Translations under genes and position numbers: made by a program
The notes under the pieces: generated by a model
What the model saw: the letters and a program-made list of their open reading frames with translations, nothing else
What the model was told of the DNA's origin: nothing
The model's database searches: none
Shown here: piece by piece, positions 15,298-24,709 of the stretch
How positions within the stretch are numbered: the first letter of the stretch is position 1
Layout of the letters: each line of letters begins with the position of its first letter
Virus record (IMG/VR): IMGVR_UViG_3300047510_001668
Span: 96,001-160,000 of that record
DNA: 64,000 nucleotides
Direction: 5' to 3' (one strand)
DNA from: a virus

Positions 15298-15388
15298 GAC
15301 GTTGAAGTGGGCGGACTCACCCGCTTTCCTAGTTGAGATAGGCGACCGATTTGCTCAACATTGTCGGCCCTCTAACCACTTGAACGTC
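15298..15388 (-). ncRNA. candidate four-way-junction structured RNA
   Basis: 13-bp closing stem (one mismatch) enclosing hairpins GGCCGA/TCGGTC, CCTA/TAGG and GCGG/CCGC. Confidence 0.5.
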
Positions 15389-15395
15389 TAACTTG

Positions 15396-15578
15396 TTACT
15401 TGGCAGCTTCACCTTCTACTGCTGGCTTTACTTCTGCTGACTTGATTGAATCAGTATCAATCTTGGTTGAGTCAACAACTGCTGCACTGTCAACTGCAAC
15501 TTCACCTTGAACTGCTTCTTCCTTTGCTGCACATGCACCAAGGAACAACACACCGACCAACATGAATAACTTGCTCAT
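15396..15578 (-). CDS. small lipoprotein
   Basis: Lipobox LGAC, acidic low-complexity tail, AAGGAG SD. Confidence 0.75.
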   Translation of the reverse strand: MSKLFMLVGVLFLGACAAKEEAVQGEVAVDSAAVVDSTKIDTDSIKSAEVKPAVEGEAAK

Positions 15579-15623
15579 ACATTCTCCTTATGAATTGTGG
15601 AATTGCACTGCTATCGCACTGCA

Positions 15624-15694
15624 TTGCCCCACTACGACTCGAACGTAGATTCGCGGATCCAAAGTCCGCTGTCCTGCCATTGGACGATAGGGCA
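15624..15694 (-). tRNA. tRNA-Gln(TTG)
   Basis: Cloverleaf; CT-TTG-GA. Confidence 0.92.
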
Positions 15695-15698
15695 ATAG

Positions 15699-15770
15699 TA
15701 CCGCGTATGGGAATCGAACCCATCTTACCAGAGTGAAAGTCTAGCGTCCTAACCGATAGACGAACGCGGC
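15699..15770 (-). tRNA. tRNA-Glu(TTC)
   Basis: Cloverleaf; CT-TTC-AC. Confidence 0.92.
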
Positions 15771-15807
15771 ATGAACACATCAGTTATCAATCAACACCTA
15801 CTCTTGA

Positions 15808-15870
15808 AATATAACACCCTGGGACTCGTTTGTCAAGCCCCAGGGTAAGTCCTTCCAAATCAACAACTTA
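15808..15870 (-). promoter_or_regulatory. early promoter of the tRNA array with upstream palindrome and hairpin
   Basis: TTGACA (15831-15836), N17, TATATT; palindrome at 15846-15870; CCCTGGG...CCCAGGG arms surround the -35. Confidence 0.85.
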
Positions 15871-16368
15871 CACTTTCTTGGGCTTTTTCTTTTTCTTTGT
15901 TTCTGTGACTTCAGGTAATGTAATCTTGGCACCTAATTGTGTCAATACTTCTCGCATATTTGGGTAAATCTGAAGCAGTGTTTGGTCCTTGATGTGGACC
16001 ATGACATTGGCTTCTTTCCAGTGCATGCCTTCTAACATTTGCACCCAAAGTGTTTCTTTTTTGTGGCTTGCAATCTTTTCCATGCTACCACCAGATTGAA
16101 AATTTTTAATTCTTCGAAATTCTGCTCTGACATCCGTGTTGGCAAACCCATCTGGCAAAGTGGTGTCTGGCTTGTAGGTGTCTGGCATGCCAATGGGCAA
16201 CCCATGCAACTTTTCAGCTTCCAGTACTGCCATTCGCATCAAAGGGGCAAACGTGGTGTCAATCTTGGCCACTTGTTTGGTCCTGTCCACTTGTTCTTCC
16301 AAAGTGGCACCTTGAGCAATCCAATCCAATTTTTCATTCAATAACATGTTAACGTGTAAATTCTTCAT
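15868..16368 (-). CDS. conserved T4-like hypothetical protein
   Basis: KKETLWVQMLEGMHWKEA..VHIKD pattern typical of a T4-like family next to rnh; TATAAATA at 16471-16478. Confidence 0.7.
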   Translation of the reverse strand: MKNLHVNMLLNEKLDWIAQGATLEEQVDRTKQVAKIDTTFAPLMRMAVLEAEKLHGLPIGMPDTYKPDTTLPDGFANTDVRAEFRRIKNFQSGGSMEKIASHKKETLWVQMLEGMHWKEANVMVHIKDQTLLQIYPNMREVLTQLGAKITLPEVTETKKKKKPKKV

Positions 16369-16369
16369 A

Positions 16370-17257
16370 TCAAAACTCCGTGATGTGCTCCATGAGATTC
16401 TTCATCTTGTGTGCGATGAAGTAGTTCAGCAGTTGAGACTTGTCTCGTACATCCTTTTGCTGAGTGTAGTTATTTATAATGTTTTCCACAATGTCCTGAG
16501 GAATCATTCGGAGATCCACCATTTGCATGTTGCGCTTGATGGCTGCCTCATGTGGTGTGCCATCCCAATGTGTGACATCCAGCTTCTTCCATTGCTCCAG
16601 ATCCTTCTTTCGAATAGGCTTCTGACGACCACCAGTCACGAACACATCATCAGGTGACATGAAGTTGGGGACACCATCTCCCTTGTCGCCCATCAAGATA
16701 TGTTCCATGACAATCTCATCAATTGTTTCTGTGGCCTTCACCCACTTCTTGTGAATGGGGCTGTACTGCTTCACATTCTTGTAACGCTGAAGTTGTGTGA
16801 AGTCATGGTCACCAGACAGAATCAACACTGGCTGAGGCTCTGCCTCCAACCCTTGTTGCACCAAATCATGTTCCTGACTCCACAACACTAACGAAGCAAT
16901 GATGTCATCAGCCTCAGCTGTGTCCACTTCCACCACGGCATACGGGAAGCTCTCAGCTATTTCTGATTTGATTTGATTCAATGCCTCGAAAATGGCATGC
17001 CAATCAAAGCCAGAATCATCACGGGCCTTCTTTCTGTTGGCCTTGTAATGGGGGAACATCTTCTTGCGCCAGTATTTCTTGTTGTCACAGGCAATCACAA
17101 GCTGACCAAACTCCTTGCCAAACTTGTTCTTGTAGGACCTGAGAGCATTCACAATCATGTGGCGAATCAATGGCGTGCTGATTTCTGCATCAGTTCTGCC
17201 ACGAAGCTCTGCCATCAGAGTGCTAATTGCCGTCTGTGAATAATCCACGATAATCAT
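16370..17257 (-). CDS. rnh: T4-like RNase H (5'-3' exonuclease, FEN family)
   Basis: IIVDYSQ, YWRKKMFPHYKANRKK, EADDIIA, SGDHDFTQL, GDKGDGVPN. Confidence 0.95.
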   Translation of the reverse strand: MIIVDYSQTAISTLMAELRGRTDAEISTPLIRHMIVNALRSYKNKFGKEFGQLVIACDNKKYWRKKMFPHYKANRKKARDDSGFDWHAIFEALNQIKSEIAESFPYAVVEVDTAEADDIIASLVLWSQEHDLVQQGLEAEPQPVLILSGDHDFTQLQRYKNVKQYSPIHKKWVKATETIDEIVMEHILMGDKGDGVPNFMSPDDVFVTGGRQKPIRKKDLEQWKKLDVTHWDGTPHEAAIKRNMQMVDLRMIPQDIVENIINNYTQQKDVRDKSQLLNYFIAHKMKNLMEHITEF

Positions 17258-17258
17258 G

Positions 17259-17552
17259 TCATACCCCTATGTATTTCTTGCAATCATCATTGGGATCCCG
17301 ATGACATAGATGCAAGATGTTTGGAATCAATTGTCCTTGACGTTCCAACTTCACACATTCATCACATAAAACATAATTGATATGTGTGTATTTGTCAATA
17401 TCTAGATATTCAGGACGACAAGTGGATGCAATGTTCTCCACACCAGCATCCACTTGTTCCTGATAGTATCTGGCACAACATTCTGGTATGTTGCTATGAA
17501 CACCAAAATGATAGTGAAAATTATGGCATTTCATCCAATCCCTGGAAGTCAC
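17259..17552 (-). CDS. Cys/His-rich hypothetical protein
   Basis: Track ORF; multiple Cys/His pairs. Confidence 0.55.
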   Translation of the reverse strand: MTSRDWMKCHNFHYHFGVHSNIPECCARYYQEQVDAGVENIASTCRPEYLDIDKYTHINYVLCDECVKLERQGQLIPNILHLCHRDPNDDCKKYIGV

Positions 17553-17790
17553 CAGGATTCCATGCCATGTTCTTGAATTGTCCTTCCTGAATCATGTCCT
17601 CGAACGTCTTGAACATGGCATTGAAACGAGCATTATACAGCTCCTTCATGCCAATCAGGATGTTCATGTACTTATCCTGGTCTTCTGCTTCCATGTTGGT
17701 CTCACTAATCATCGTGGCAATCAAATCTAAATCATCAGTGATTTGCCAGCACTTCATGATGTGTTGTTCCAAATCAAATCTATCTGTCAT
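17521..17790 (-). CDS. hypothetical protein
   Basis: MTDRFDLEQHIMKCW..., TGATG-coupled. Confidence 0.7.
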   Translation of the reverse strand: MTDRFDLEQHIMKCWQITDDLDLIATMISETNMEAEDQDKYMNILIGMKELYNARFNAMFKTFEDMIQEGQFKNMAWNPGDFQGLDEMP

Positions 17791-18890
17791 CAGTCAATCC
17801 TCACAATGAGTAGGTCAGTGGATGTACGTCCCTTCAACACCTTGCACTTCGCCTTGATGCCATCAAACCAATTCACAGTTTGATTCTTTCGGAGCTTCAT
17901 CACCTCAGCCAACTGCTCTTCAGGCTTACGGAGAATCTTCTCACAGGTCACCTTGAAGCCGTAAATCTTGGGACCCTTCACATACAAGCTGTCCTTCACC
18001 TCAGCCTCGTAGTAGCCCAGCCGACGCTTCTTGGTGTCGTACACCCAGACCATGTTGGCACCAATGATGTCCACAGGATTACAGGACTTGATACCCTCAT
18101 GCTCCGCCTTGAAACGAATCTTGCTGGCCATCTTCTTCTTGTCCAAAGGCTTCTTCTTCCTGATACGGAGAGACTTCACCTTGGTTTGTTGCTGTGAAAT
18201 TCTATCCATGACAGCATCAAAGGCATCAATAATCTTTTTGAAATTTCTCTTGCCCACATAGGCATATCCTTCCACCAGCTGCTCATCCTCGCCATTATAC
18301 GCAGAATACCACTCGGCAAGATGCTTACGAAGATATTGCTGAACCAACTTGAGCTGCGGGGCCTTGAAATTCTTGGTCAAGATGAATCCTGCCATGTCAT
18401 CAGCCTCAGGCACCTCTCCATCAAAGGCTTCATCCATCTTGCCATCCAACTCAGCCAACACGGTGCTGACCTGAGCACGAATTCTGTCCTGAATGTTCGG
18501 CTTGTTGGTGTTCACATGAGTGGTAGAGGGTGCCTTCGTCTGCTTCTTCACAAGGGCAAAGCTCATCACATAATCACGAATACGCTGTGAATCATTGCTA
18601 TTCAAAGGAAATCCTTGAAGTGCCATGCGAGCCAAAGCACAGATGGTGGTGTTCATGCTTCCCAGATTGCGCCAGGCTTGAATGTCCTGTTTGGCTGTTG
18701 CAGGACGCATCTCACGAAGCCATTGCTCCATGTACTTGGAATAATCCTTGTCTGAGGCACAATAGTTATGCCAATTCAGACCACGAAGCATTTCGGAATT
18801 GTAATTCTTCACCACACCATCCCACGTAGGTTCCTCGGCAATCAAAGAGGACTCGGATGCCGGAGGAAGAACCAGATGAAGATTAGCCAT
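17790..18890 (-). CDS. conserved T4-like early hypothetical protein
   Basis: Start reassigned to MANLHLVLPP; C-terminal IIGANMVWVYDTKKRRL...ILRKPEEQL domain. Confidence 0.75.
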   Translation of the reverse strand: MANLHLVLPPASESSLIAEEPTWDGVVKNYNSEMLRGLNWHNYCASDKDYSKYMEQWLREMRPATAKQDIQAWRNLGSMNTTICALARMALQGFPLNSNDSQRIRDYVMSFALVKKQTKAPSTTHVNTNKPNIQDRIRAQVSTVLAELDGKMDEAFDGEVPEADDMAGFILTKNFKAPQLKLVQQYLRKHLAEWYSAYNGEDEQLVEGYAYVGKRNFKKIIDAFDAVMDRISQQQTKVKSLRIRKKKPLDKKKMASKIRFKAEHEGIKSCNPVDIIGANMVWVYDTKKRRLGYYEAEVKDSLYVKGPKIYGFKVTCEKILRKPEEQLAEVMKLRKNQTVNWFDGIKAKCKVLKGRTSTDLLIVRID

Positions 18891-19155
18891 TGCTATACAC
18901 CTCTTGGTCAAGGAGAGAAATCTTGCTGATGCTGTCCCAACGGAACGAACGCCAGGCCTGTTTCTCCATGTCCCAGACCGGGCAAGCATCAGGACTATAC
19001 TTGCGCTGAGACTCCTTGACTTCCTGAGCTGGAAGAAACTGCTCAGCCAACGTACACTTCATGTCACGAACAGTGCCATCCGCCTTGGCGAAAGTCACCG
19101 TGACCACTGACTGCCGAAGAAGATTGCGAATGCCTTCCTTGGTGATGCCATCCAT
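18883..19155 (-). CDS. WYL_2 / DUF2693 Sm-like protein
   Basis: VTFAKADGTVRDMKCTL...VWDMEKQAWRSFRWDSI. Confidence 0.8.
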   Translation of the reverse strand: MDGITKEGIRNLLRQSVVTVTFAKADGTVRDMKCTLAEQFLPAQEVKESQRKYSPDACPVWDMEKQAWRSFRWDSISKISLLDQEVYSNG

Positions 19156-19184
19156 ACAGCCTCCATGTGTTAGAGTATGTATGA

Positions 19185-19245
19185 AATATAATGATTTTAT
19201 ATCTATTTGTCAAGTCCCGCTAAGTGCTTGTATTTCAATCACTTA
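19185..19245 (-). promoter_or_regulatory. early promoter with upstream palindrome
   Basis: TTGACA (19208-19213), N17, TATATT; palindrome at 19221-19245. Confidence 0.85.
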
Positions 19246-20123
19246 CGCTTCGGGGTTTTCACTATTTTGAACCAACTGCCAGGATTCCAATCCATTTCCA
19301 TGTCTGTGACATTTTCCACTTTTGTGGCGGGTTCAGACTTGGATAATGATTCAGCAAAGTTCTTGGTGGGAGGCATCACCATGACAGGTGTTTCTTTTTT
19401 CATGGAAAGATTGGCGGCAATCACCAACAAGATGGCCAATGGATCAAATACAAATATCAACATCAAGGTCAACAACCGAATGGCTTTGTCCAACGTGGTG
19501 GCATCATCGGTACCATACACCAGTTGTGCCACATACTTGATGGGACCCACTTCAGTTTCCAGCTTGCGTTGCCCCACGTTCAATTCTGATTTCTGTTTTT
19601 GCAATTCTTGAATTTTCTTGTTGCTTTCTGTGATGGTGGCAGTTGCAGCTGTGCGTTCACGGCGTTGGCTGTTACGAATCTGTACGGCACGTTCCACACG
19701 ATTCACATCTCCCACCAGGTTGTTCACGGCAGCATCCATCTGTTGTAATGCCTGGCGTGCAGATGCCACATTGTCACGTTCCATCACAATCTGTTCATCC
19801 AACAACGTGATTTGTTCTGTGTTGGCATCCAAGCCTTGTGTGCCTTCCACATGGGCCCGAGTCAGATAACCAAAGATGCCTACACTGGTGATGAGACTCA
19901 ACACCATCACGGCCACGATGAAATACATTCTCATCAGGATGTTGGTGTTGTTCCAGAATCGGTAGATCCAGCTGGCAGACACCAACTTGCCCATCTCCAA
20001 GGCAGCACCCATCAATCCTACTGCCACAGGGGCACCTGGGAAAATGGCAATCAACCCCGCAATGGAAAACCACGCGGCGATGGTGCTGATGAATAGTGCT
20101 GAAAAGAGAGTGATAAGGGTCAT
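19239..20123 (-). CDS. membrane protein with coiled coil (DUF4407-like)
   Basis: Three N-terminal TMs, long coiled coil, LIFVFDPLAILL TM. Confidence 0.75.
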   Translation of the reverse strand: MTLITLFSALFISTIAAWFSIAGLIAIFPGAPVAVGLMGAALEMGKLVSASWIYRFWNNTNILMRMYFIVAVMVLSLITSVGIFGYLTRAHVEGTQGLDANTEQITLLDEQIVMERDNVASARQALQQMDAAVNNLVGDVNRVERAVQIRNSQRRERTAATATITESNKKIQELQKQKSELNVGQRKLETEVGPIKYVAQLVYGTDDATTLDKAIRLLTLMLIFVFDPLAILLVIAANLSMKKETPVMVMPPTKNFAESLSKSEPATKVENVTDMEMDWNPGSWFKIVKTPKRK

Positions 20124-20515
20124 AGTTTCACGTGTTTTCGGTGAACTTTACACATGATCCAATCATTATAGAATTTATCTGGGTGTTCTAGCACACCATA
20201 TTGGAACTGGAGTTTTGCTTCAAGATAATTGCACTGTCCTTTGTTTCCACACAGATGAAGTATCTCACGTTGGAAAGCTCCTGGTCCATGGGTAGCAACA
20301 TCGTGAAGAAGCTCTTTGTTGCTTCCGTAGTAGTCTCGCCAGTCTGACTCCACTCGAACTCGCTTTCGTTTTCCTTTAACAGATTTTCGTCGAGCAAAGC
20401 TGAATAGTTTCTTTCCAATGTACTGGCGTCCTGTTTGAAGGTTGGTGATTCGATACACGAATCCAATGATGTTGTCAGGCACTTCAGTAAATTCTTTGTC
20501 TTGGTGCATCCACAT
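20120..20515 (-). CDS. short GIY-YIG nuclease-family protein
   Basis: GFVYRITNLQTGRQYIGKK...YYGS...REILHLC...E. Confidence 0.85.
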   Translation of the reverse strand: MWMHQDKEFTEVPDNIIGFVYRITNLQTGRQYIGKKLFSFARRKSVKGKRKRVRVESDWRDYYGSNKELLHDVATHGPGAFQREILHLCGNKGQCNYLEAKLQFQYGVLEHPDKFYNDWIMCKVHRKHVKL

Positions 20516-20543
20516 AGTTAAATCCTCAATGAGACTTAACTAT

Positions 20544-20825
20544 TTATTCTCCTAGTATGAACGAGAAAGGATGATTTTTCGTGGTGTCAATGCTCATACC
20601 TACGTATTTACCTACCAGATTGCCTATAACATACACAGGAATCACCGCCCAATTGCCTTTCAACAACTCATCCAACGACCAGAACATGGATGCCAATGAA
20701 GCCAACCCCATCCACACGCTGTTCAACAGCAACTTGGGAATGTTATCTTCATAGGTGTATCGAATTTCCAATACTTTCAAAATGTTGAACACAATTTGTG
20801 AAAAGAAGATGGCCACCCAAATCAT
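20544..20825 (-). CDS. small multi-TM membrane protein
   Basis: Three hydrophobic helices; YVIGNLVGKYVGM. Confidence 0.7.
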   Translation of the reverse strand: MIWVAIFFSQIVFNILKVLEIRYTYEDNIPKLLLNSVWMGLASLASMFWSLDELLKGNWAVIPVYVIGNLVGKYVGMSIDTTKNHPFSFILGE

Positions 20826-20983
20826 TCTTCATCCTCATCATTGATTTCATATCCATAATCTTCATCATCTTCCATGGTCTCACCACAGAAGGGACAATAT
20901 TCCACCCGATAATGGTCATCATCCATGTCATGACGGATGGTGAATTCTGCTTCACAAGATGTACATACTATAATTTTATGCAT
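20822..20983 (-). CDS. zinc-ribbon protein
   Basis: CTSC...CPFCG with acidic tail. Confidence 0.7.
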   Translation of the reverse strand: MHKIIVCTSCEAEFTIRHDMDDDHYRVEYCPFCGETMEDDEDYGYEINDEDEE

Positions 20984-22139
20984 CGTATTCCACCGTGAGT
21001 TTGTCAATGTCTTTACGTTCTGCCATCACGTAATAGTAATAGGGCAGACGATGATTGCCCAGCACTTGTATCGTCAATCCGTTCACATTGTTCACCACCA
21101 AGGTTTGATCCATGTTGGTGGGTGTGAGATGTACGGTTATGGTTTTTTCATCCACCAATCCTGACCAGTAATCAGGTAATGGAATAGTTCCTTCAGAAGT
21201 TTTGCCACGAACATACACACCTGCTTCAGGTCCTTCAAGACAAGCATAACGTAAACGTTTTCCTTCTTTGGTAGGATGTTTTATATCAAACGCTTTTAAT
21301 GTTGCAGTGGTAAGATATTGTCCTACCGCCAAATTTCCTGTTATAATTGCGGCACCTGTGATGGTGGTGGGTCCATTAATGGCCGTGACACCTGTGATGG
21401 TGGTGGCGCCTGTGATGGCTGTGGCGCCGGTGATGGTGGTTGGTCCAGCTGTCATCAATGCAGTTTGCATATAAGCAGAGGACACACCACCTGAGGCCAC
21501 AACATCAGGAGCTTGCACCATGTTGGTGGCAATCAATTTAGCCGCAATGTTGTTCCCTTTGGAGAAGGTACCGCCTGGTCCTGATACTGCACCTTCTTCA
21601 GGAATCAAACTCAATGTTTCCAACACGCTATACACAGAACTGGGTATGACATCTTGACCTGCTCCCGTGGCACCAAGTGCTAGTGCTGCTCGAGGAACAT
21701 CCACAGAAACTCCTGTGGTGATGTTCATGGTTCTCTCACCTAACACTGGAATGTTGACCGTGACAGGTACCACTACTGGTATTGGTACTGTGTCGGTGAT
21801 ACCATCCGCATCCAATGAGAGGTCCATCTCCTTCAGTTGCTCTAGTTGATATTGTGTTTCTGCCACCTTTTCTTTGGCTTCAGCAATGGTTTTTTGTGCT
21901 TGTGCCACAGTATTGACAGCTGAAGCCACCTCAAATTTCAATTTTCTTTCAACTTTCAATTTAGTTAAATCTAGAATAACTGAAGGTATAGCAGGTAATC
22001 TTATGGCTTCATCCAAAGCGTTTGTGGCTTTGTTCAGCAATTCTTCTGCGGCATCCACTTCACGCTGTGTTTTATCTGCACGTGCTGTGGCTTCGGCTAC
22101 CTCGCGTTTAGCATTGGCTAAATCTTGTCTGGCTGACAT
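20976..22139 (-). CDS. tail-fibre/spike-like protein: coiled coil, TTITG-type beta repeat, C-terminal chaperone-like domain
   Basis: FDIKHPTKEGKRLRYACLEGPEAGVYVRG...LPDYW...AERKDIDKLTVEY pattern common at phage fibre C-termini. Confidence 0.6.
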   Translation of the reverse strand: MSARQDLANAKREVAEATARADKTQREVDAAEELLNKATNALDEAIRLPAIPSVILDLTKLKVERKLKFEVASAVNTVAQAQKTIAEAKEKVAETQYQLEQLKEMDLSLDADGITDTVPIPVVVPVTVNIPVLGERTMNITTGVSVDVPRAALALGATGAGQDVIPSSVYSVLETLSLIPEEGAVSGPGGTFSKGNNIAAKLIATNMVQAPDVVASGGVSSAYMQTALMTAGPTTITGATAITGATTITGVTAINGPTTITGAAIITGNLAVGQYLTTATLKAFDIKHPTKEGKRLRYACLEGPEAGVYVRGKTSEGTIPLPDYWSGLVDEKTITVHLTPTNMDQTLVVNNVNGLTIQVLGNHRLPYYYYVMAERKDIDKLTVEYDA

Positions 22140-22140
22140 G

Positions 22141-22458
22141 TTATCCTCGTATTACTCGGTTCAACTTGCTTTCAATTTTAGATTTTTCATTCACACCGAA
22201 AGCAAATTCACGTTTCTTTCCCTGCTTATATATCAATAACATGGGAACAGCTTTTGCGCCAGTGAAGTCTTTCACTTCAGGTACTTCATCAATGTCCACC
22301 TTGTAGAAGGGGACTGGCGATGTTTCAGCCAGTTCCCCAATTACAGGTAACATCTGTTGACAAGGCACACACCATGTGGCATATAAATCCACCACCACAA
22401 CATCATGTTCTGTGATAGCCTGTTCCAATTCAGCAATGGTGTGTAGACTTTTCATCAT
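22141..22458 (-). CDS. trxA: thioredoxin
   Basis: DLYATWCVPC, VDIDE, AVP motifs. Confidence 0.9.
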   Translation of the reverse strand: MMKSLHTIAELEQAITEHDVVVVDLYATWCVPCQQMLPVIGELAETSPVPFYKVDIDEVPEVKDFTGAKAVPMLLIYKQGKKREFAFGVNEKSKIESKLNRVIRG

Positions 22459-24314
22459 GACACTTCACAACCATTGGCTGAACAGGCAGCTTCACCTTGA
22501 AGGTTGGTTTCATCATTCATTTCTCGCACATCATCCAGATTGATGTTGTGTAGTGTCTTGACAGCTTCTTCATAGGTCACGGCATCAACATCTTCAAATG
22601 GTGCTTGGATGTAGGTGTGGTCGCTGTAAGGCAACACGGACAATGCTGTGAAGTTGTCACGATTCTCCCACATCCAGGCTCCCACTTCATCCCACTCACC
22701 TGGCTTGATGGTGACTGTGGTGGATACATTGTTCTTGTTGGCACCCTTACGATGTCCAGGCTTCACCCATTCCTTCCACACCTTTGATACGCGCTTCAAT
22801 AAATCAAGTGCTGTTTCTTGACGAGTGACAGCTCCTGCAGGTGCCTGTTGTGGCACTTCAATCACAGCCTGAATGTTTGGCTTGAAATATTCATCCGTGA
22901 CCAGTTCAGGATGATTGTTCACCAGATAGTTGTAGATGCTTTCATTCTTACCCACACGAATTCTACGAATGTAGAAATCATTGTGCCAGGCGTGAATGCC
23001 TGAGGAGGTTCCCAACACCAATGAACTGGTGCCTTCAGGCTTCACTGTGGTGCAACGTGCTGCTGGGTTCGTACCAATTAAAGCTGCTACACGTTGATTC
23101 TCTTCCTTCACCAGGTTGGCTGCTTCCTTCATGTCCAATTTCAATACGCCACCCGATGCAATCCCCGTCATTGAAACGCCAATCAAGGCTTCCTTCTCCG
23201 TGGTTCTCTTCCATACATCCCTCAAATAATGAAAGTTGGTGTAACTGGCTTGTAGTGTGCCAATGAATGCTGCCGCCTTGGCACGTGCATTTAAATCTTC
23301 TTGTGATTCCACATCACCCGCATGAATGGTGGTCAAGTTACAGAATTGGAAGGGACGAAGTGAAATTTCTGCACAAGGATTCATGCCCCAATCCTTATCA
23401 TTGGTGAAGAAGAAGCCAGGTTCACCTGAGCCTGAAGCCTCAATCTTCTTCCACAACTCCATGAATGTTTCTTCTTCCACCTTGGACCGAACAATCACGG
23501 CTGAGTTGTTGGCACGACCACGTTGTGAATTTTGTTCCCACCAGTTGCCGAACTTACAGGTCAGCATGTCATCATCATCAATGTCAAACAATGAAATCAT
23601 GGCTGACCGACGAATGCCACCTGCCAACACAGCATCAGCAATGTAGCACAGAATGTCATGCACTTCCAAAGAGGTGAGTTGTTCACCATTGTGCTTTCTG
23701 TCCAGAATCTTCTGAACATTGTGGAGGCAATCCTTCAATGGTTCAGGACCAGGTGCCTTGCCACCTGATGTGATGAGAGGCGCACCCTTCTCACGAACAT
23801 CAGAGAAATCATACACAGGCATGGCCTTGCCCTTCATGTATGCAGTCATCAACACCTTGACAGCATCTGCCCATCCTTCAATGCTATCTCCTACAAGATA
23901 GCGACGATTCTTCACAGGCTTGTTGATTTCAGGAAGTTTTTCCACGTGATGTTGTTGCACAGAATATCCCACACCTGTACCTGACAACAACAGGAACATT
24001 ACTTCACTGAAGGCATCCACGTGATCCACAGGTAGGAAACAACAATTATACAAACGAGCATTGTTGATGGCAATAGGCTTCCCAGCAAACTGCAAACTGC
24101 GCATGGAAGGGAGAATCTTCTTGTCATAGACAAATTGATAGGCATCAGTGATGTCTTGTGCCAGATGAGGATACTTCTCCAGATGCATCTGCTTGTTTCT
24201 GTCAACTAGTTCCTTCCAGTTTTCACGACGACCAAGCTCAGGGATGAACTTGGCATATTTCATGAACACGGTGATGTCACTTAAAATCTTGGCGGGCAAT
24301 TCCATCTTACTCAT
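22455..24314 (-). CDS. nrdJ: class II (adenosylcobalamin-dependent) ribonucleotide reductase
   Basis: PSMRSLQFAG, YNCCF, MNPCAEISL, TTVKPEGTSSL, C-terminal ACSANGC; no NrdB nearby. Confidence 0.92.
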   Translation of the reverse strand: MSKMELPAKILSDITVFMKYAKFIPELGRRENWKELVDRNKQMHLEKYPHLAQDITDAYQFVYDKKILPSMRSLQFAGKPIAINNARLYNCCFLPVDHVDAFSEVMFLLLSGTGVGYSVQQHHVEKLPEINKPVKNRRYLVGDSIEGWADAVKVLMTAYMKGKAMPVYDFSDVREKGAPLITSGGKAPGPEPLKDCLHNVQKILDRKHNGEQLTSLEVHDILCYIADAVLAGGIRRSAMISLFDIDDDDMLTCKFGNWWEQNSQRGRANNSAVIVRSKVEEETFMELWKKIEASGSGEPGFFFTNDKDWGMNPCAEISLRPFQFCNLTTIHAGDVESQEDLNARAKAAAFIGTLQASYTNFHYLRDVWKRTTEKEALIGVSMTGIASGGVLKLDMKEAANLVKEENQRVAALIGTNPAARCTTVKPEGTSSLVLGTSSGIHAWHNDFYIRRIRVGKNESIYNYLVNNHPELVTDEYFKPNIQAVIEVPQQAPAGAVTRQETALDLLKRVSKVWKEWVKPGHRKGANKNNVSTTVTIKPGEWDEVGAWMWENRDNFTALSVLPYSDHTYIQAPFEDVDAVTYEEAVKTLHNINLDDVREMNDETNLQGEAACSANGCEVS

Positions 24315-24709
24315 TGGGCGGGTTCCTGGAGCTGTAATGCTCGGTGAATGTTGGGTGGGAAATAGGTATCAGGCTTTAGAATCTTACCATCATCTCGACG
24401 AACAACTTTACCTTCCACAGTCTTGCTCATGTTCGAGGCGGTGATTTCTTGCCATACAGGACCCATAGGAATTCCTAATGAGTTGCATAGACCGAGAATC
24501 ACCCAAATTAAATCGCCACAAGCATCTGCTGTTTCTACTATGTCCTGGTTTTCAAATCCTTGTTCTAGTTCTTCCATCTCCTCTCGAATAAGATTCAAGT
24601 ACAGGACAGCTTGTTTGTAATTATCGGTGAAACTGGGTCTATCTTTCACTTCTTGACCACAGGCTTCCATGAAAATTCTTACGTTACTTTGCATCGGTTT
24701 CAGTCTCAT
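24311..24709 (-). CDS. MazG-like nucleotide pyrophosphohydrolase (PRA-PH/HAD family)
   Basis: LIREEMEEL, ETADACGDLIWV, SNMSKT...RDDGKILKP. Confidence 0.88.
   Translation of the reverse strand: MRLKPMQSNVRIFMEACGQEVKDRPSFTDNYKQAVLYLNLIREEMEELEQGFENQDIVETADACGDLIWVILGLCNSLGIPMGPVWQEITASNMSKTVEGKVVRRDDGKILKPDTYFPPNIHRALQLQEPAQ

Noticed and set aside
15298-15388. tRNA-Sec or opal suppressor (TCA in the middle of a 7-nt loop)
   Set aside because: Only a 4-bp stem, C instead of U at position 33, no TTC T-loop and no long variable arm
20120-20515. GIY-YIG gene as a mobile Seg-type homing endonuclease
   Set aside because: Only 131 aa, no DNA-binding tail and composition like core genes; more likely a resident nuclease
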